DNA of 64,000 bases, from assembly GCF_021246445.1 (NCBI RefSeq), contig NZ_JAJQXW010000001.1, positions 620,001 to 684,000 of the forward strand, read 5' to 3'. Within the stretch, counting starts at the first letter, position 1, and the number at the start of each line of letters is the position of its first letter. The position numbers were made by a program, and so were the translations under genes. The DNA is from Rhabdothermincola salaria. GTDB lineage: Bacteria > Actinomycetota > Acidimicrobiia > Acidimicrobiales > Acidimicrobilacustridaceae. The notes beneath the pieces were generated by a model. It was given only the letters and a program-made list of their open reading frames with translations, ran no database searches and was not told the DNA's origin. Of the stretch, positions 1-9,452 are shown piece by piece.

Positions 1-132
1 GAGCTGATCGACCTCGCCGGCCGACCCGATCCCGCCGAGCTCGCGGCCCGCATCGTCGAGCGCAAGCGACGCACCGCCACGACCCTTCCCGCGGCGACCA
101 TCATCGGGCACCGCGACACCGACCGTCGATGA
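1..132 (+). CDS. vapB: 3' part of a VapB/FitA-like antitoxin (truncated by window edge)
   Basis: Frame 1 reads ELIDLAGRPDPAELAARIVERKRR...HRDTDRR*; its TGA overlaps the ATG of the PIN gene (ATGA), as is typical of type II TA pairs. Confidence 0.7.
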   Translation, partial: ELIDLAGRPDPAELAARIVERKRRTATTLPAATIIGHRDTDRR

Positions 133-530
133 CGGTGGTGATCGACGCCTCCGCGCTGGTCGCCGCGCTCGTCGACACCGGTCCCGACGGACGCTGGGCC
201 GAGGCGCTGCTCACCTCCGACCTCGCCGCGCCGCCCCTGCTCGCCGTGGAGGCGGCCAACGTGCTGCGACGAGCGGTGCACGCCGGCGAGATCACCGACG
301 ACGTCGCCTCACTGGCTCACGCCGACCTGCTCGACCTGCGCGTGCAGCTCGTCGCCTACGACACGGTCGCCGACCGGGTCTGGGAGCTGCGCGGCAACCT
401 CACCGCCTACGACGCGTGGTACGTGGCGGTGGCCGAGCTCCTCGACGCCCCGCTGGCCACCCTCGACCAGCGACTCGTGGCCGCGCCCGGCCCGACCTGC
501 CGATTCCGGACACCGGCCGACCGGTCGTAG
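129..530 (+). CDS. vapC: VapC-family PIN-domain toxin
   Basis: 133 aa; VVIDASA, EAANVLR, YDAWYVAVAE and LATLD motifs. Confidence 0.92.
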   Translation: MTVVIDASALVAALVDTGPDGRWAEALLTSDLAAPPLLAVEAANVLRRAVHAGEITDDVASLAHADLLDLRVQLVAYDTVADRVWELRGNLTAYDAWYVAVAELLDAPLATLDQRLVAAPGPTCRFRTPADRS

Positions 531-554
531 CGCCCACCCGGCGGGTGGGCTCGG

Positions 555-2648
555 TCAGCCTGGCGCCGCGGTGCTCGAGGCGCCCCGAGGCTGGGCGGGT
601 TGCGTCGGCGGGGTCTCGGCCGGCGCGAGGAAGGCGGTGAGCACCCCGGGGGCGGCCCGCTCGGCGAAGCCCACGGCCTCGCCGGCGTCGAGGTCGGGAG
701 CGGCGTAGGCGCCGGCGCCGGCGGAGGTCATGAAGGTCACGGTGCGCAGGCCGAGACGACGCTGCAACACCGACTCGCGCACCGCCACCGTGCTCACCGC
801 TGATCGCTGCAACGCCGACGTGGTGCGGCTGTCGAGCCCCGAGCGCACCACCACGTAGTCGCCGCTGATGGCGTGCCCCAACGCCCGATAGGCGATGACC
901 GCCCCCGTCAGCGCCAGCGGCCAGACCACCGCACCGGCGGCCAGCGTGAACGACGGCACCACCCCGGTCACGACCAGCCACCCCAGCACCCCCACCACCG
1001 CGGCGGTGGCCAGCGTCGCCCACGTGACCCGCCGACGCAGCGCCGCCCGCGGGTGGCCGACCAGCGGGGCAACGAGTGGGCTGGGCTCCACCCCGAGCAC
1101 CTCGCCGGCCACCCGGCGGGCCACCGGGAACGGGGTGCGGGGGAGCACCGCCGCGGGCTGGGAGGTGGCCCCCATGTCCAACCCGGTGGTGATCACCGAG
1201 GCGTCGGTGGCCCCCAACCAGCGCAACGACAACGGCTCGGCGATCTGCACGCCCCGCAGGCGGTGGTCGTCGCGGGTCACCTCCCGGGTGGTGAGCAGGC
1301 CCTGGCGGGTGCGCAGCACCGTGCCGTCGGTGTCGTCGCTCGGCACCCGGGCGAGCTCGAAGTGGCCGTGCTCCACGAAGAAGTTGACGGCCAGGCCCAC
1401 CACCCCGATCACCGCGATGGCCGCCACCGCGGCGATCGTCGTCCAGACCGGGCCGATCGCCTCCCAGTCGGCGAGCCCCCCGACCACCCCCCGGGCGTCC
1501 ACCCCCACCGTGGAGGCCGCCCAGAAGGCACCCCACACCAGGCCCAACGCCATCACGAACGCCCACGGGCTGAACACGTTGTAGAGCGCCCAGCGCGGCT
1601 GCAGGCGGGCCAGGACCCTGGTGTCGGGCGGGTTCCTCGTGGGGCGAGTCGAGAGGTGGGGTGCGGAGGCCGCCGCGGTGTCGGCCACCGGCCCGACCCC
1701 GGCGACCCGCGGGGCACCGTCGCTGGGCGCCCCGTGGTTCGGGGCACCGTCGTGGGGGACGCTGCGGTTCGAGGCACCGCCGTCCGGGAGGGCGTCGACC
1801 GGCGCGATGCCGTCGACGGGGCGGCCGTCGCGCCGCGGGATGGTCGCGGCAGTGGGTGGTGCGTCGGACGGAAGGGCGTGGGACGGAAGGGCGTGGGACG
1901 GAAGGGCGTGGGACGGAGCCGGGGGAGCGGCGGGGTTGGCCTCCGGGGTGGTGCGGTGCAACAGCAGGGTGCGCAGGGCCTGGGCGTCGGCCACCGACAC
2001 CGCATCGAGATCGAAGGCGGCCTCCCCGGCGCTGCTCTGCTGCCCGGCGCCGATCGACACCACCCGCAGCCCGGCCAGACGGTGGCGGACCTTGGCGTGC
2101 ACGTCGACGGTGCGGATCCGATCCCTGCGCACCGAACGATGGCTGCGCTGCACCACCCCCGAACGGCGCTCCACCACCTCGTCGGTCACCCGGTAGCGGG
2201 TCACCACCCAGCGGTAGGCGTCGAAGAGCGCGCCGATCACCGCGCCGACGACGACGACCACCACCAGGGTCGGCGGGCCCTGGTCGGCGCCAGTCAGCGA
2301 GTTGAGCACGAACAATGCGGCGGTGGAGGCCAGCACCACCACCGCGTCGACCACGATCATGCGCCGATCCAGGCGCAGCCACGGAGCGTCGTCCGGTTGC
2401 GTCGTTCCATCCGGGGTGGCTCCGCCGGGGGTCGGTCCAGGGAGGGGCGCGTTTGGGTGGTGCGGCGCCGGGGGAGTCGGGGGTGGCCCGGGGAGGGCCG
2501 CGTCGGGGTGGGGTGGTTCCGGGGGTGGCCCGGGGGGTGCTGGTGGTCGCGTGTCCGGGAACGAGCCGGGCGGCGCCGGCGGGCCGCCGGGATCGGCGCC
2601 GGGGTCGCCCGGCGGTGGAGGGACGCTGTCGCCGGTGGGGACGCTCAC
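555..2648 (-). CDS. YdbT-like membrane protein with bacterial PH (bPH_2) domains
   Basis: TM segments alternating with PH-type motifs (RIRTVDV, GLLTTRE..RLRGVQIAEP, VRESVLQRRLGLRTV); GTG at 2648 overlaps the upstream stop (GTGA). Confidence 0.85.
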   Translation of the reverse strand: MSVPTGDSVPPPPGDPGADPGGPPAPPGSFPDTRPPAPPGPPPEPPHPDAALPGPPPTPPAPHHPNAPLPGPTPGGATPDGTTQPDDAPWLRLDRRMIVVDAVVVLASTAALFVLNSLTGADQGPPTLVVVVVVGAVIGALFDAYRWVVTRYRVTDEVVERRSGVVQRSHRSVRRDRIRTVDVHAKVRHRLAGLRVVSIGAGQQSSAGEAAFDLDAVSVADAQALRTLLLHRTTPEANPAAPPAPSHALPSHALPSHALPSDAPPTAATIPRRDGRPVDGIAPVDALPDGGASNRSVPHDGAPNHGAPSDGAPRVAGVGPVADTAAASAPHLSTRPTRNPPDTRVLARLQPRWALYNVFSPWAFVMALGLVWGAFWAASTVGVDARGVVGGLADWEAIGPVWTTIAAVAAIAVIGVVGLAVNFFVEHGHFELARVPSDDTDGTVLRTRQGLLTTREVTRDDHRLRGVQIAEPLSLRWLGATDASVITTGLDMGATSQPAAVLPRTPFPVARRVAGEVLGVEPSPLVAPLVGHPRAALRRRVTWATLATAAVVGVLGWLVVTGVVPSFTLAAGAVVWPLALTGAVIAYRALGHAISGDYVVVRSGLDSRTTSALQRSAVSTVAVRESVLQRRLGLRTVTFMTSAGAGAYAAPDLDAGEAVGFAERAAPGVLTAFLAPAETPPTQPAQPRGASSTAAPG

Positions 2649-3415
2649 GTGGCGTCGTCCGGGGTGCGCTGGGTGATGGCCGTCAACCGCTCGGCCACCC
2701 GGGCGGCGACCTCGTCGTCGAGGCCCACCACGTCGATCGCCCCCGCCGACGACGCCGTGGTGACCCGCAGCGTGGCCAGCCCGAAGACCTGCTCGAGCGG
2801 ACCCCGGATGGTGTCGACGGTCTGGATGCGCGAGATGGGCGCCACCCGCCACTCCAGCACCCACCAACCGGTGAGGGCGTAGACCGCCTCCTCGGTGACC
2901 TCCCAGCGGTGCACCCGCAGCCGCCACCACGGCTCCACCACCGTGGCGACCACCGCCATCACCGCGGCCACCACCAAGAGCCCGGCCAGCCACGGTCGTG
3001 CCGCCGACCACAGCACGAACGCCACCGCGCCGGCCACGAGGATCGGCACCCACAACAGCACGGCCTGCAACGTCCACCACCACACCGTGCGACGCTCCAC
3101 CGGGTGCTGCGGGGGCCGCAGCTGCGCCGGTGCGTGGCCGCCGGACGGGTCGGGGGCAGGCGCCGGGGTTGTCGGGGCAGGGGCAGGGGCAGGGGCCGGG
3201 GGCGTGGTCGGGGCGTCGGTTGGGTCGCCGACCGGGGGTTCGGTCGGGGGCGTGGCCGGGTCGACGGCCGGGGCATGGGTCGGCTCCACCCCCGGAGGTA
3301 TGGACGGGGGTTCGGTTGGGCTGGGCGCCCAGGTCCGGGTGGGCTCGGGGGCATCGTCCGACCCCGGGCTCGGGGGCGGCGTCGTCGGGGGGACGTGGTG
3401 GTCGGGGGCGCTCAT
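2645..3415 (-). CDS. YdbS-like membrane protein with bPH_2 domain and Pro-rich N-terminus
   Basis: Two TM helices, then WRVAPISRIQTVDTIRGPLEQVFGLATLRVTTAS; coupled to the ydbT-like gene; start estimated. Confidence 0.85.
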   Translation of the reverse strand: MSAPDHHVPPTTPPPSPGSDDAPEPTRTWAPSPTEPPSIPPGVEPTHAPAVDPATPPTEPPVGDPTDAPTTPPAPAPAPAPTTPAPAPDPSGGHAPAQLRPPQHPVERRTVWWWTLQAVLLWVPILVAGAVAFVLWSAARPWLAGLLVVAAVMAVVATVVEPWWRLRVHRWEVTEEAVYALTGWWVLEWRVAPISRIQTVDTIRGPLEQVFGLATLRVTTASSAGAIDVVGLDDEVAARVAERLTAITQRTPDDAT

Positions 3416-3552
3416 CGAGGCGATCCCTCGGGTCGGGGGCGGGGGTGGTGTCGCAGGCGCTGTCGACCGTAGGGCACCGGCGCCGGTCGCCGTCATCGGT
3501 GCGCCTGGTCGCCGGTGGGTCGGCGAGGGGGTGGGAGGTAGCGTGGCCGCCG

Positions 3553-6405
3553 GTGTCCGATCCCTACGTCCCCCCGGTGATCGCCGACCTGCTGGCGGCC
3601 GTCGAGGCACAGCCCCACGAGGTGGCAGTGGCCGACCGCCACCTGCAGGTCACCTACGCCGAGCTGGCCCACGCCGCCACCGGGGTCGCCCACCGGCTGC
3701 TCGCCACCAGCGTCGGGCCCTCGGTGCCGAACCCGGTGCCCGTGCCGGTGGTGGTGGGGCGCGACGTGGGCACCGTGTTCGCCCTCTTCGGGGTGCTGCT
3801 CGCCGGGCGCTCGTTCGTGGCCATCGAACGCACCGACCCGCCCGGACGCATCGCCGAGGTGATCGAACGGGTCGGCGCCGACATCGGCATGGCCCGCGCC
3901 GACGACCTCCACCTGCTGGGCGCCGGCCTGGCCTCGCTCGCCGTGGAGGACTGCCCACCCGCCGAGCACCTCGACCTCACCCCCGAGGTCCACGACGACG
4001 ACCTGGCGGCGGTGGTCTTCACCTCCGGTTCCACCGGGCGGCCCAAGGGCGTGCGCCTCGACCACTCCAACTTCACGTCGATGCAGGCCCGCAGCCAGGT
4101 CCGCGCCGACGAGGGCCCGGGCCCCTCACCGGCGATGGCCCCGTTCAGCTTCCTCGCCGGGCTCACCACCCTGGGCCACATCGCCACCGGCAACCGCGTC
4201 CACCTCGTCACCCCGGCGGAGTGGGACCCGATCGCCCTGCTCGAGTGGTTCGACGAGCAACGTTTCACCCAGGTCTCGGTCGTGCCCTCGTTCGCCCGCA
4301 GCGCTCTCGAGCACTGGCCCGAGGGCCGCTGCCTCGAGCACGTGGTGCGGCTCGCCACCTACGGCGAGGCCCTGCGCTGGTCCGACGTCCCCGCCCTGCG
4401 CCGGCTGGCACCGGGGGCCCGCATCGCGGTCAGCTACGGCGCGTCGGAGGCCTCCGGTGGGGTGTGCAACCTCTCCATCGCCCCCGGCGACGATCTCGGC
4501 GACGGCCCCATGCCCCTCGGGGTGCCCCAACCCGATCGGCGGGTCACGCTCGAAGCGCTCGACCCCACCGATCCCGGCTCTCCCCGCGAGATCGTCGTGT
4601 ACGGCAACATCTCACCCGGCTACTGGGACGACCCCGAGCTCGACGCCGCCCGCTTCGGCGTGGGCGCCGACGGCGAGCGCTTCTGGCGCTCCGGCGACCT
4701 GGGGGAGTGGGTCGACGGGGCCATCGTGCACCGCGGACGGGTCGACGAGCTGGTGAAGATCGGCGGCCGACTCGTGGAACCGGCCGAGGCCGAACGGGTC
4801 CTCGCCGGCCTCGACGGCGTGGTGCAGGCCGTGGTGCTGGGCCAACGGGTGGGCCACGGGGTCCGACTCGTCGGCCACGTCGAGCCGGCCCGGCTCGACG
4901 GGCGCGACGCCGTCGGTCCCGACGAGCTGCGCGCCGCCATGGCGGAGGTGCTGCCCGCCGCGCTGGTGCCGTCGGTGCTCGTGCGCCACGACCGCCTGCC
5001 CATCAACGCTCGCGGCAAGGCCGACCGGGCCGGCCTGCGGGCCGCGCCGGTGGTGCCGTGGCGGACAGGGACCTACGTGGCGCCGGTGCCCGAGCTCGAA
5101 TGGGTGGTGGTCGGCCACGCCCTCGAGATCCTCGGCTACACCGACGAGACGCTGCTCGGACGCGACGACGACCTGTTCACCCTCGGCCTCGACTCCCTCG
5201 GCGCCACCGAGCTCATCGCCGCCCTCGACGACGCCGGCCTCGGGCCCCTCACCCCCGCCGACCTGCTCGAGTGCCCCACCCCCCGTCTCCTGGCCGAGCG
5301 GTGCGCTCGGCCCCGTGCCCACGTGGGCGCGGGGCGCAGCGGCGGGGAGCCGGTCACCTACAACGTCGACGGCACCCGCGCCCCTTGGTTCGCGGTTGCC
5401 GGCGCCGGCGGCACCGCCTTGGCGTATCGCGACCTCGCCCGCCGTCTGGGCCCCGACCAGCCCTTGGTCGTGCTCGAGAACCCCGGCCTGCACGACGGTC
5501 GGGCGGTTCCGCCCTCGGTGGAGGCGGCCGCCGCCGTGCTGCTGGACGACCTGCGAACGGTGCTGGCGGCGCGGGGCGAGCGCTCGGGCCGTGCGGATGG
5601 CGCCGGCCGCCTCCCCGGCGATGGGGTCGCTGGAGGTGCGGCTGGTCTTCCGGGCGGTGGGGTCGCTCGCGGTGCGGCTGGTCTTCCCGGTGGCGACGCC
5701 GGCCGCCGTGCCGATGGCGCCTCGCTGTCGGACGGGGTCGGGGGATCCGAGCCCGACGGCGATGGGCCTCCGGTCCTCATGGTGATGGGGCACTCGTGGG
5801 GCGGGCTGGTGGCCTACGAGATGGCCCAGCGCCTGGAGGGCCAGAGCGTCGGCGTCCGCCTCGTGCTGCTCGACACCGCCGTGCTGTGGGCCGGCACCCG
5901 AGCCGAGCAGCGTCGCCGCGCCCTTGCCGCCATGGTCCGAGATCCACGTCGGGTGGTGGCCTCCGTGCGCTGGCGCCTCGACCGCCTCCGGGAACGCCGG
6001 GCCGGATCCGATGCCTGGTCTGGAGCGGGGCCTGGTGCCTCTGGCGCGGGGTCCGGTACCGGGGCCGGGGCCGGGTCCGGGTCTGGTGCGGGGGCCGGGG
6101 CCGGTACCGGGGCCGGGTCTGTCGCGACGCAGGCGGCTCCCGGTGACGGCGACGCCGACGGGCGGGCGGTGGTGGAGCGCTACATGGCCGCGTTCCACCA
6201 CGGCATCGAGACCGGCCGGCGCTACCGCCCTCCTCGCTCCACCGTGGCGGTCACCGTCGTCGAGGTCGCCGGCAGTGGTGCCGGCGCCAGCTGGGCGCCC
6301 TACGCCGACGAGGTGGCGGTGGTGGCGGCCGACGGCACGCACAACTCGATGCTGAACCCGCCCCACACCGAGGGGTTGGCCGCCACCCTCGGCCGCCTCA
6401 CCTGA
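3553..6405 (+). CDS. Stand-alone NRPS-like enzyme, adenylation-PCP-thioesterase (A-T-TE)
   Basis: FTSGSTGRPKG, YGASE, RSGDLG, GRVDELVKIGG and NARGKADR; carrier GLDSLG; TE GHSWGG and GTHNSML; start estimated. Confidence 0.88.
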   Translation: MSDPYVPPVIADLLAAVEAQPHEVAVADRHLQVTYAELAHAATGVAHRLLATSVGPSVPNPVPVPVVVGRDVGTVFALFGVLLAGRSFVAIERTDPPGRIAEVIERVGADIGMARADDLHLLGAGLASLAVEDCPPAEHLDLTPEVHDDDLAAVVFTSGSTGRPKGVRLDHSNFTSMQARSQVRADEGPGPSPAMAPFSFLAGLTTLGHIATGNRVHLVTPAEWDPIALLEWFDEQRFTQVSVVPSFARSALEHWPEGRCLEHVVRLATYGEALRWSDVPALRRLAPGARIAVSYGASEASGGVCNLSIAPGDDLGDGPMPLGVPQPDRRVTLEALDPTDPGSPREIVVYGNISPGYWDDPELDAARFGVGADGERFWRSGDLGEWVDGAIVHRGRVDELVKIGGRLVEPAEAERVLAGLDGVVQAVVLGQRVGHGVRLVGHVEPARLDGRDAVGPDELRAAMAEVLPAALVPSVLVRHDRLPINARGKADRAGLRAAPVVPWRTGTYVAPVPELEWVVVGHALEILGYTDETLLGRDDDLFTLGLDSLGATELIAALDDAGLGPLTPADLLECPTPRLLAERCARPRAHVGAGRSGGEPVTYNVDGTRAPWFAVAGAGGTALAYRDLARRLGPDQPLVVLENPGLHDGRAVPPSVEAAAAVLLDDLRTVLAARGERSGRADGAGRLPGDGVAGGAAGLPGGGVARGAAGLPGGDAGRRADGASLSDGVGGSEPDGDGPPVLMVMGHSWGGLVAYEMAQRLEGQSVGVRLVLLDTAVLWAGTRAEQRRRALAAMVRDPRRVVASVRWRLDRLRERRAGSDAWSGAGPGASGAGSGTGAGAGSGSGAGAGAGTGAGSVATQAAPGDGDADGRAVVERYMAAFHHGIETGRRYRPPRSTVAVTVVEVAGSGAGASWAPYADEVAVVAADGTHNSMLNPPHTEGLAATLGRLT

Positions 6406-6927
6406 GCCACGGCTGGCACCAGGAGACGGGCACCGGTGCCGAAGCGGCGGACCGGTCCCCTGACACGGGACGGCGTGCCGTGCTCAGCAACCACGTCCGG
6501 ACGGTGGTTGCGGCGGCTGCGGTGCCTGTGATGGTTGCGCGGCCTCGACCGGCGCGACCAGCACATCGAGATGCTGCCGAAGCTCGTCGTCGACGGGTCT
6601 CCCGGGCTCACCCACCACGACACCGAGGCCACTGGGGAGGTCCAGGCGAGTCCGGCACCTGGGTGGGCTCGACCCCGAGCACCGGGCTGCCCCCATCGCC
6701 GACCAGCCGGTCGCCGGGCTGGTGCAGGCCCCCGACGGCACCCAGAACCTCTTCGCGCTCGACCAGAACGGGGCCACGATGTCCCACCCGCCTGGGAGCA
6801 TGACGCTGCCCCATCCCACGGGGCTCGGCCTCCTTGGGGTGGCGCTCGCAGTGTCCCCTCGGTGGGGGTGTCGTCGCCACGTCGGCGTCCCACAGTTCTT
6901 GGACTATCGGGTTCTGGGACTGTCGGG

Positions 6928-6956
6928 TTGCGTACTCCTGTTCGGTCCGGTACTAT
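6928..6956 (+). promoter_or_regulatory. sigma70/SigA-like promoter upstream of the HNH element
   Basis: TTGCGT-N17-TACTAT in an AT-richer patch. Confidence 0.45.
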
Positions 6957-7021
6957 GGGGATTCTTCCCCTTCGACACCTCGGTGTCCTCCTGTTCCGTC
7001 GATCACCGGTAGGTGAGGCTC

Positions 7022-7165
7022 ATGTCCGGAGGGGTCGTGCCCGGCATCGTCGGCTTCCTGGCCGCGCCGCTCCACGCAGCCGTAGCGGGTGGCCACTCGG
7101 GCCGTCGTGGTGGTCCTGGTGGTCCTGGTGGTCGTGGTGGGCGATCGGGGGTGCGGGCCCGATGA
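7022..7165 (+). CDS. Possible 47-aa leader ORF (MSGGVVPGIVGFLAAPLH...RSGVRAR)
   Basis: AGGTGAGG RBS; its stop overlaps the ATG of the HNH gene (ATGA); no recognisable family. Confidence 0.3.
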   Translation: MSGGVVPGIVGFLAAPLHAAVAGGHSGRRGGPGGPGGRGGRSGVRAR

Positions 7166-9264
7166 CGATGGCGGACGAACCGGTGCTGTCGTCGGTCGAC
7201 CTCGAGCGCGCCTTGGGTCAGTTCCTCGATCGGCTCGAAGCCGGCACGTTGTCGGCGGGTGACGCCACCGTGTTGGGCAAGCGCCTGGGGCGCATCAAGA
7301 CGATGGCCGAGCTCGGTCAAGCGGTGTGCTTCCGGCGGGCGGCGGCGGTGTCGGCGAGGCCGCGTCGAGGCGACGAGGACGGTTCCAAGTGGGTGGCGCG
7401 CCAGATGGGCACCACGCGGGCTCGCGCCGCGGAGCTGCTGACGCTGGTCGACGGGTTGGAGCAGGCGCCGGCCACCAGGGAGAAGCTGGGCGCGGGGCAG
7501 ATCTCCACCGACCAAGCGGTCGAGATCGTGCGCACCACGCAGGTGGCTCCCGAGGCCGAACAAGACATGCTCACCATGGCCGGCGCGGAGTCGGTGGGGG
7601 AGCTGCGCCGGCGGGGCAACCGCATCCGCGCCGCCGCCCCGGGGGCCGAGGACCGGGTGGCTCGCGCCCAGCGCAACCGGTACTTCCGTCACGGCGTCGA
7701 CGGCGAGGAGGGGTGGGGGCAGTGGCGGATGCCGTTGGCGCCGCACTCTGAGTTCGTGGCCCAGATCGAGAGCGGCAAGGACGCCATCTTCCGAAACGCC
7801 CGCCGCCAGGGTCGGCGTGAGAAGCCCGAGGCCTATGGGGCCGACGCGCTCGTGCTGCTCGCCAACGATGCCGCGGCCGCCCGACGGGCTGGCCTCGGCG
7901 GTGGGGCCGGTCCGACCGATGACGCGCCGTCCGACGAGGGTCGGCTGGAGTCCCCGCTGGCGTCGGGCTCGTCGTCGGCGGGACCGCCGCTGGCGTCGGG
8001 CTCGTCGTCGCCGCTGTCCCCTCGACCCACCGTGGGTGGGTCAGCGGGCCCGGTCGGCCCACCCACCGGCGTGGCGTCGGAGCCCACCGACGTCGCCCTT
8101 CCGGGGTTCGGCTCGGACCCCGGGCTCCACTCGAGCGACGACGACGACGAGGGACACCACGGTGCCGACGACGACGGCGAGGGAACCGACGGTGGTGGTA
8201 CCGGTGGACCTGGTGGTCCTTCCGGTGGTGGCGCCGCCGGGGCGGGTGGTTCCGGCCGTTCTCCGGGTGGTGGTGCTGGTGGTTCCGGCCGCGCGGGTGG
8301 CTCCGATCGTTCCTCCGATGATGGCGGTACGTCCCCTGGATCGGTCCGGTCTTGCGATGGTGGCGGAGGTGGCGGCGCCGGTGGACCTGTTGGTTCGTTT
8401 GGTGGCGGCGACTTCGCCGGTGGCCGCGGTGGACCGGGGGTTGCTCGACGCGGAGGTTTCCCGACGGGCGCGGAGGGGGACGTCGACGATGGCTCCCGTG
8501 AGCGTGGCACCGTCCCGTCTGGTGCTGGTGGTCCTTCCCAGGCCGGCGGGCCCTCCGATGACGGCGATCCTCCCCAGGCACGCGCGGTGCGGGCGAAGGT
8601 GGGGGAGTCGACGGTGCGGGTCAGCGCGACCGCTCTTCTGCGGGGTCGCACGCTCGACGCAGAGGTCTGCGAGGTCGTCGGCGTCGGGCCGGTGCCGATC
8701 GGCGAGGTGCGGCGCTGGATGGATGGTGGGGCGTTCGTGGCAGTGGTCGTCAGCGGCGACGATCCCCTCGATGTCCACCTGGCCGCTCGGCTGGGTCGGC
8801 ACCCTCGCTGCTTCCCCGATGGGCGCGACGGAGGTGGCCGCCCGGAGGGTGGCGGGCCTCGCGGTCAGGGCGATCGGTCTCGGCAGCCGGGGGCATCCGG
8901 TCCCCACGCTCACGTCACCGTGGTCGTGCACGCCACCGAGCGCTGGCTCCGACGAGCGGGCCCGCCGGAGCTGAGAGCCGCCGTCGCGGCCAAGGGGGTC
9001 GACCTGCGTGAGCTGGTCCATCGCGGGCGTCGTCCCAACGCCGTGCAGCAGACCGCCCTGGCCTGGATGGCCCCGGAGTGCTGTGTCCTGGGCTGCCCCA
9101 ACCAGGCGAGATTGGAGGCCGACCACATCCGGGAGTGGCGGCTCACCCGCCACACCGTCCTCGACGAGCTCGAGCACCTCTGCACGCTCCATCACCGCCT
9201 CAAGACCCACGACGGCTACCGCCTCGCCCCCGGCCGGGGCAAGCGCCCGCTCCTCCCCCCGTGA
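7162..9264 (+). CDS. DUF222 (13E12-like) protein with C-terminal HNH endonuclease domain
   Basis: N-terminal W..RQMG...ATREKLGAGQISTDQA; C-terminal CCVLGC...EADHIREW...LCTLHHRLKT; long Gly/Ser/Asp insert. Confidence 0.85.
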   Translation: MTMADEPVLSSVDLERALGQFLDRLEAGTLSAGDATVLGKRLGRIKTMAELGQAVCFRRAAAVSARPRRGDEDGSKWVARQMGTTRARAAELLTLVDGLEQAPATREKLGAGQISTDQAVEIVRTTQVAPEAEQDMLTMAGAESVGELRRRGNRIRAAAPGAEDRVARAQRNRYFRHGVDGEEGWGQWRMPLAPHSEFVAQIESGKDAIFRNARRQGRREKPEAYGADALVLLANDAAAARRAGLGGGAGPTDDAPSDEGRLESPLASGSSSAGPPLASGSSSPLSPRPTVGGSAGPVGPPTGVASEPTDVALPGFGSDPGLHSSDDDDEGHHGADDDGEGTDGGGTGGPGGPSGGGAAGAGGSGRSPGGGAGGSGRAGGSDRSSDDGGTSPGSVRSCDGGGGGGAGGPVGSFGGGDFAGGRGGPGVARRGGFPTGAEGDVDDGSRERGTVPSGAGGPSQAGGPSDDGDPPQARAVRAKVGESTVRVSATALLRGRTLDAEVCEVVGVGPVPIGEVRRWMDGGAFVAVVVSGDDPLDVHLAARLGRHPRCFPDGRDGGGRPEGGGPRGQGDRSRQPGASGPHAHVTVVVHATERWLRRAGPPELRAAVAAKGVDLRELVHRGRRPNAVQQTALAWMAPECCVLGCPNQARLEADHIREWRLTRHTVLDELEHLCTLHHRLKTHDGYRLAPGRGKRPLLPP

Positions 9265-9452
9265 CCTCGCCGGGCTCGAGGTTCTGGCCCAGCTTCACGC
9301 GCGGCATCGGACGGCTGCGCCAGTGGTGTGGCGGCGCGACGGCGTCGATGGCCGACCGGCGGCCCTCAAGGAGGTCTACGAGGCCCCGTGCTGACGGTCG
9401 CCGAGGTGGCGCCTGGACGTCGTTGCCCGTAGGGGCGCATTGGTGCGACGAT

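Noticed and set aside
6476..6810. Coding-like scraps (LRGLDRRDQHIEMLPKLVVDG; PIADQPVAGLVQAPDG)
   Set aside because: Split over frames and not assignable to any family by eye
7162..9264. IscB/Cas9-like RNA-guided nuclease
   Set aside because: No RuvC or PLMP motifs; the architecture fits DUF222-HNH
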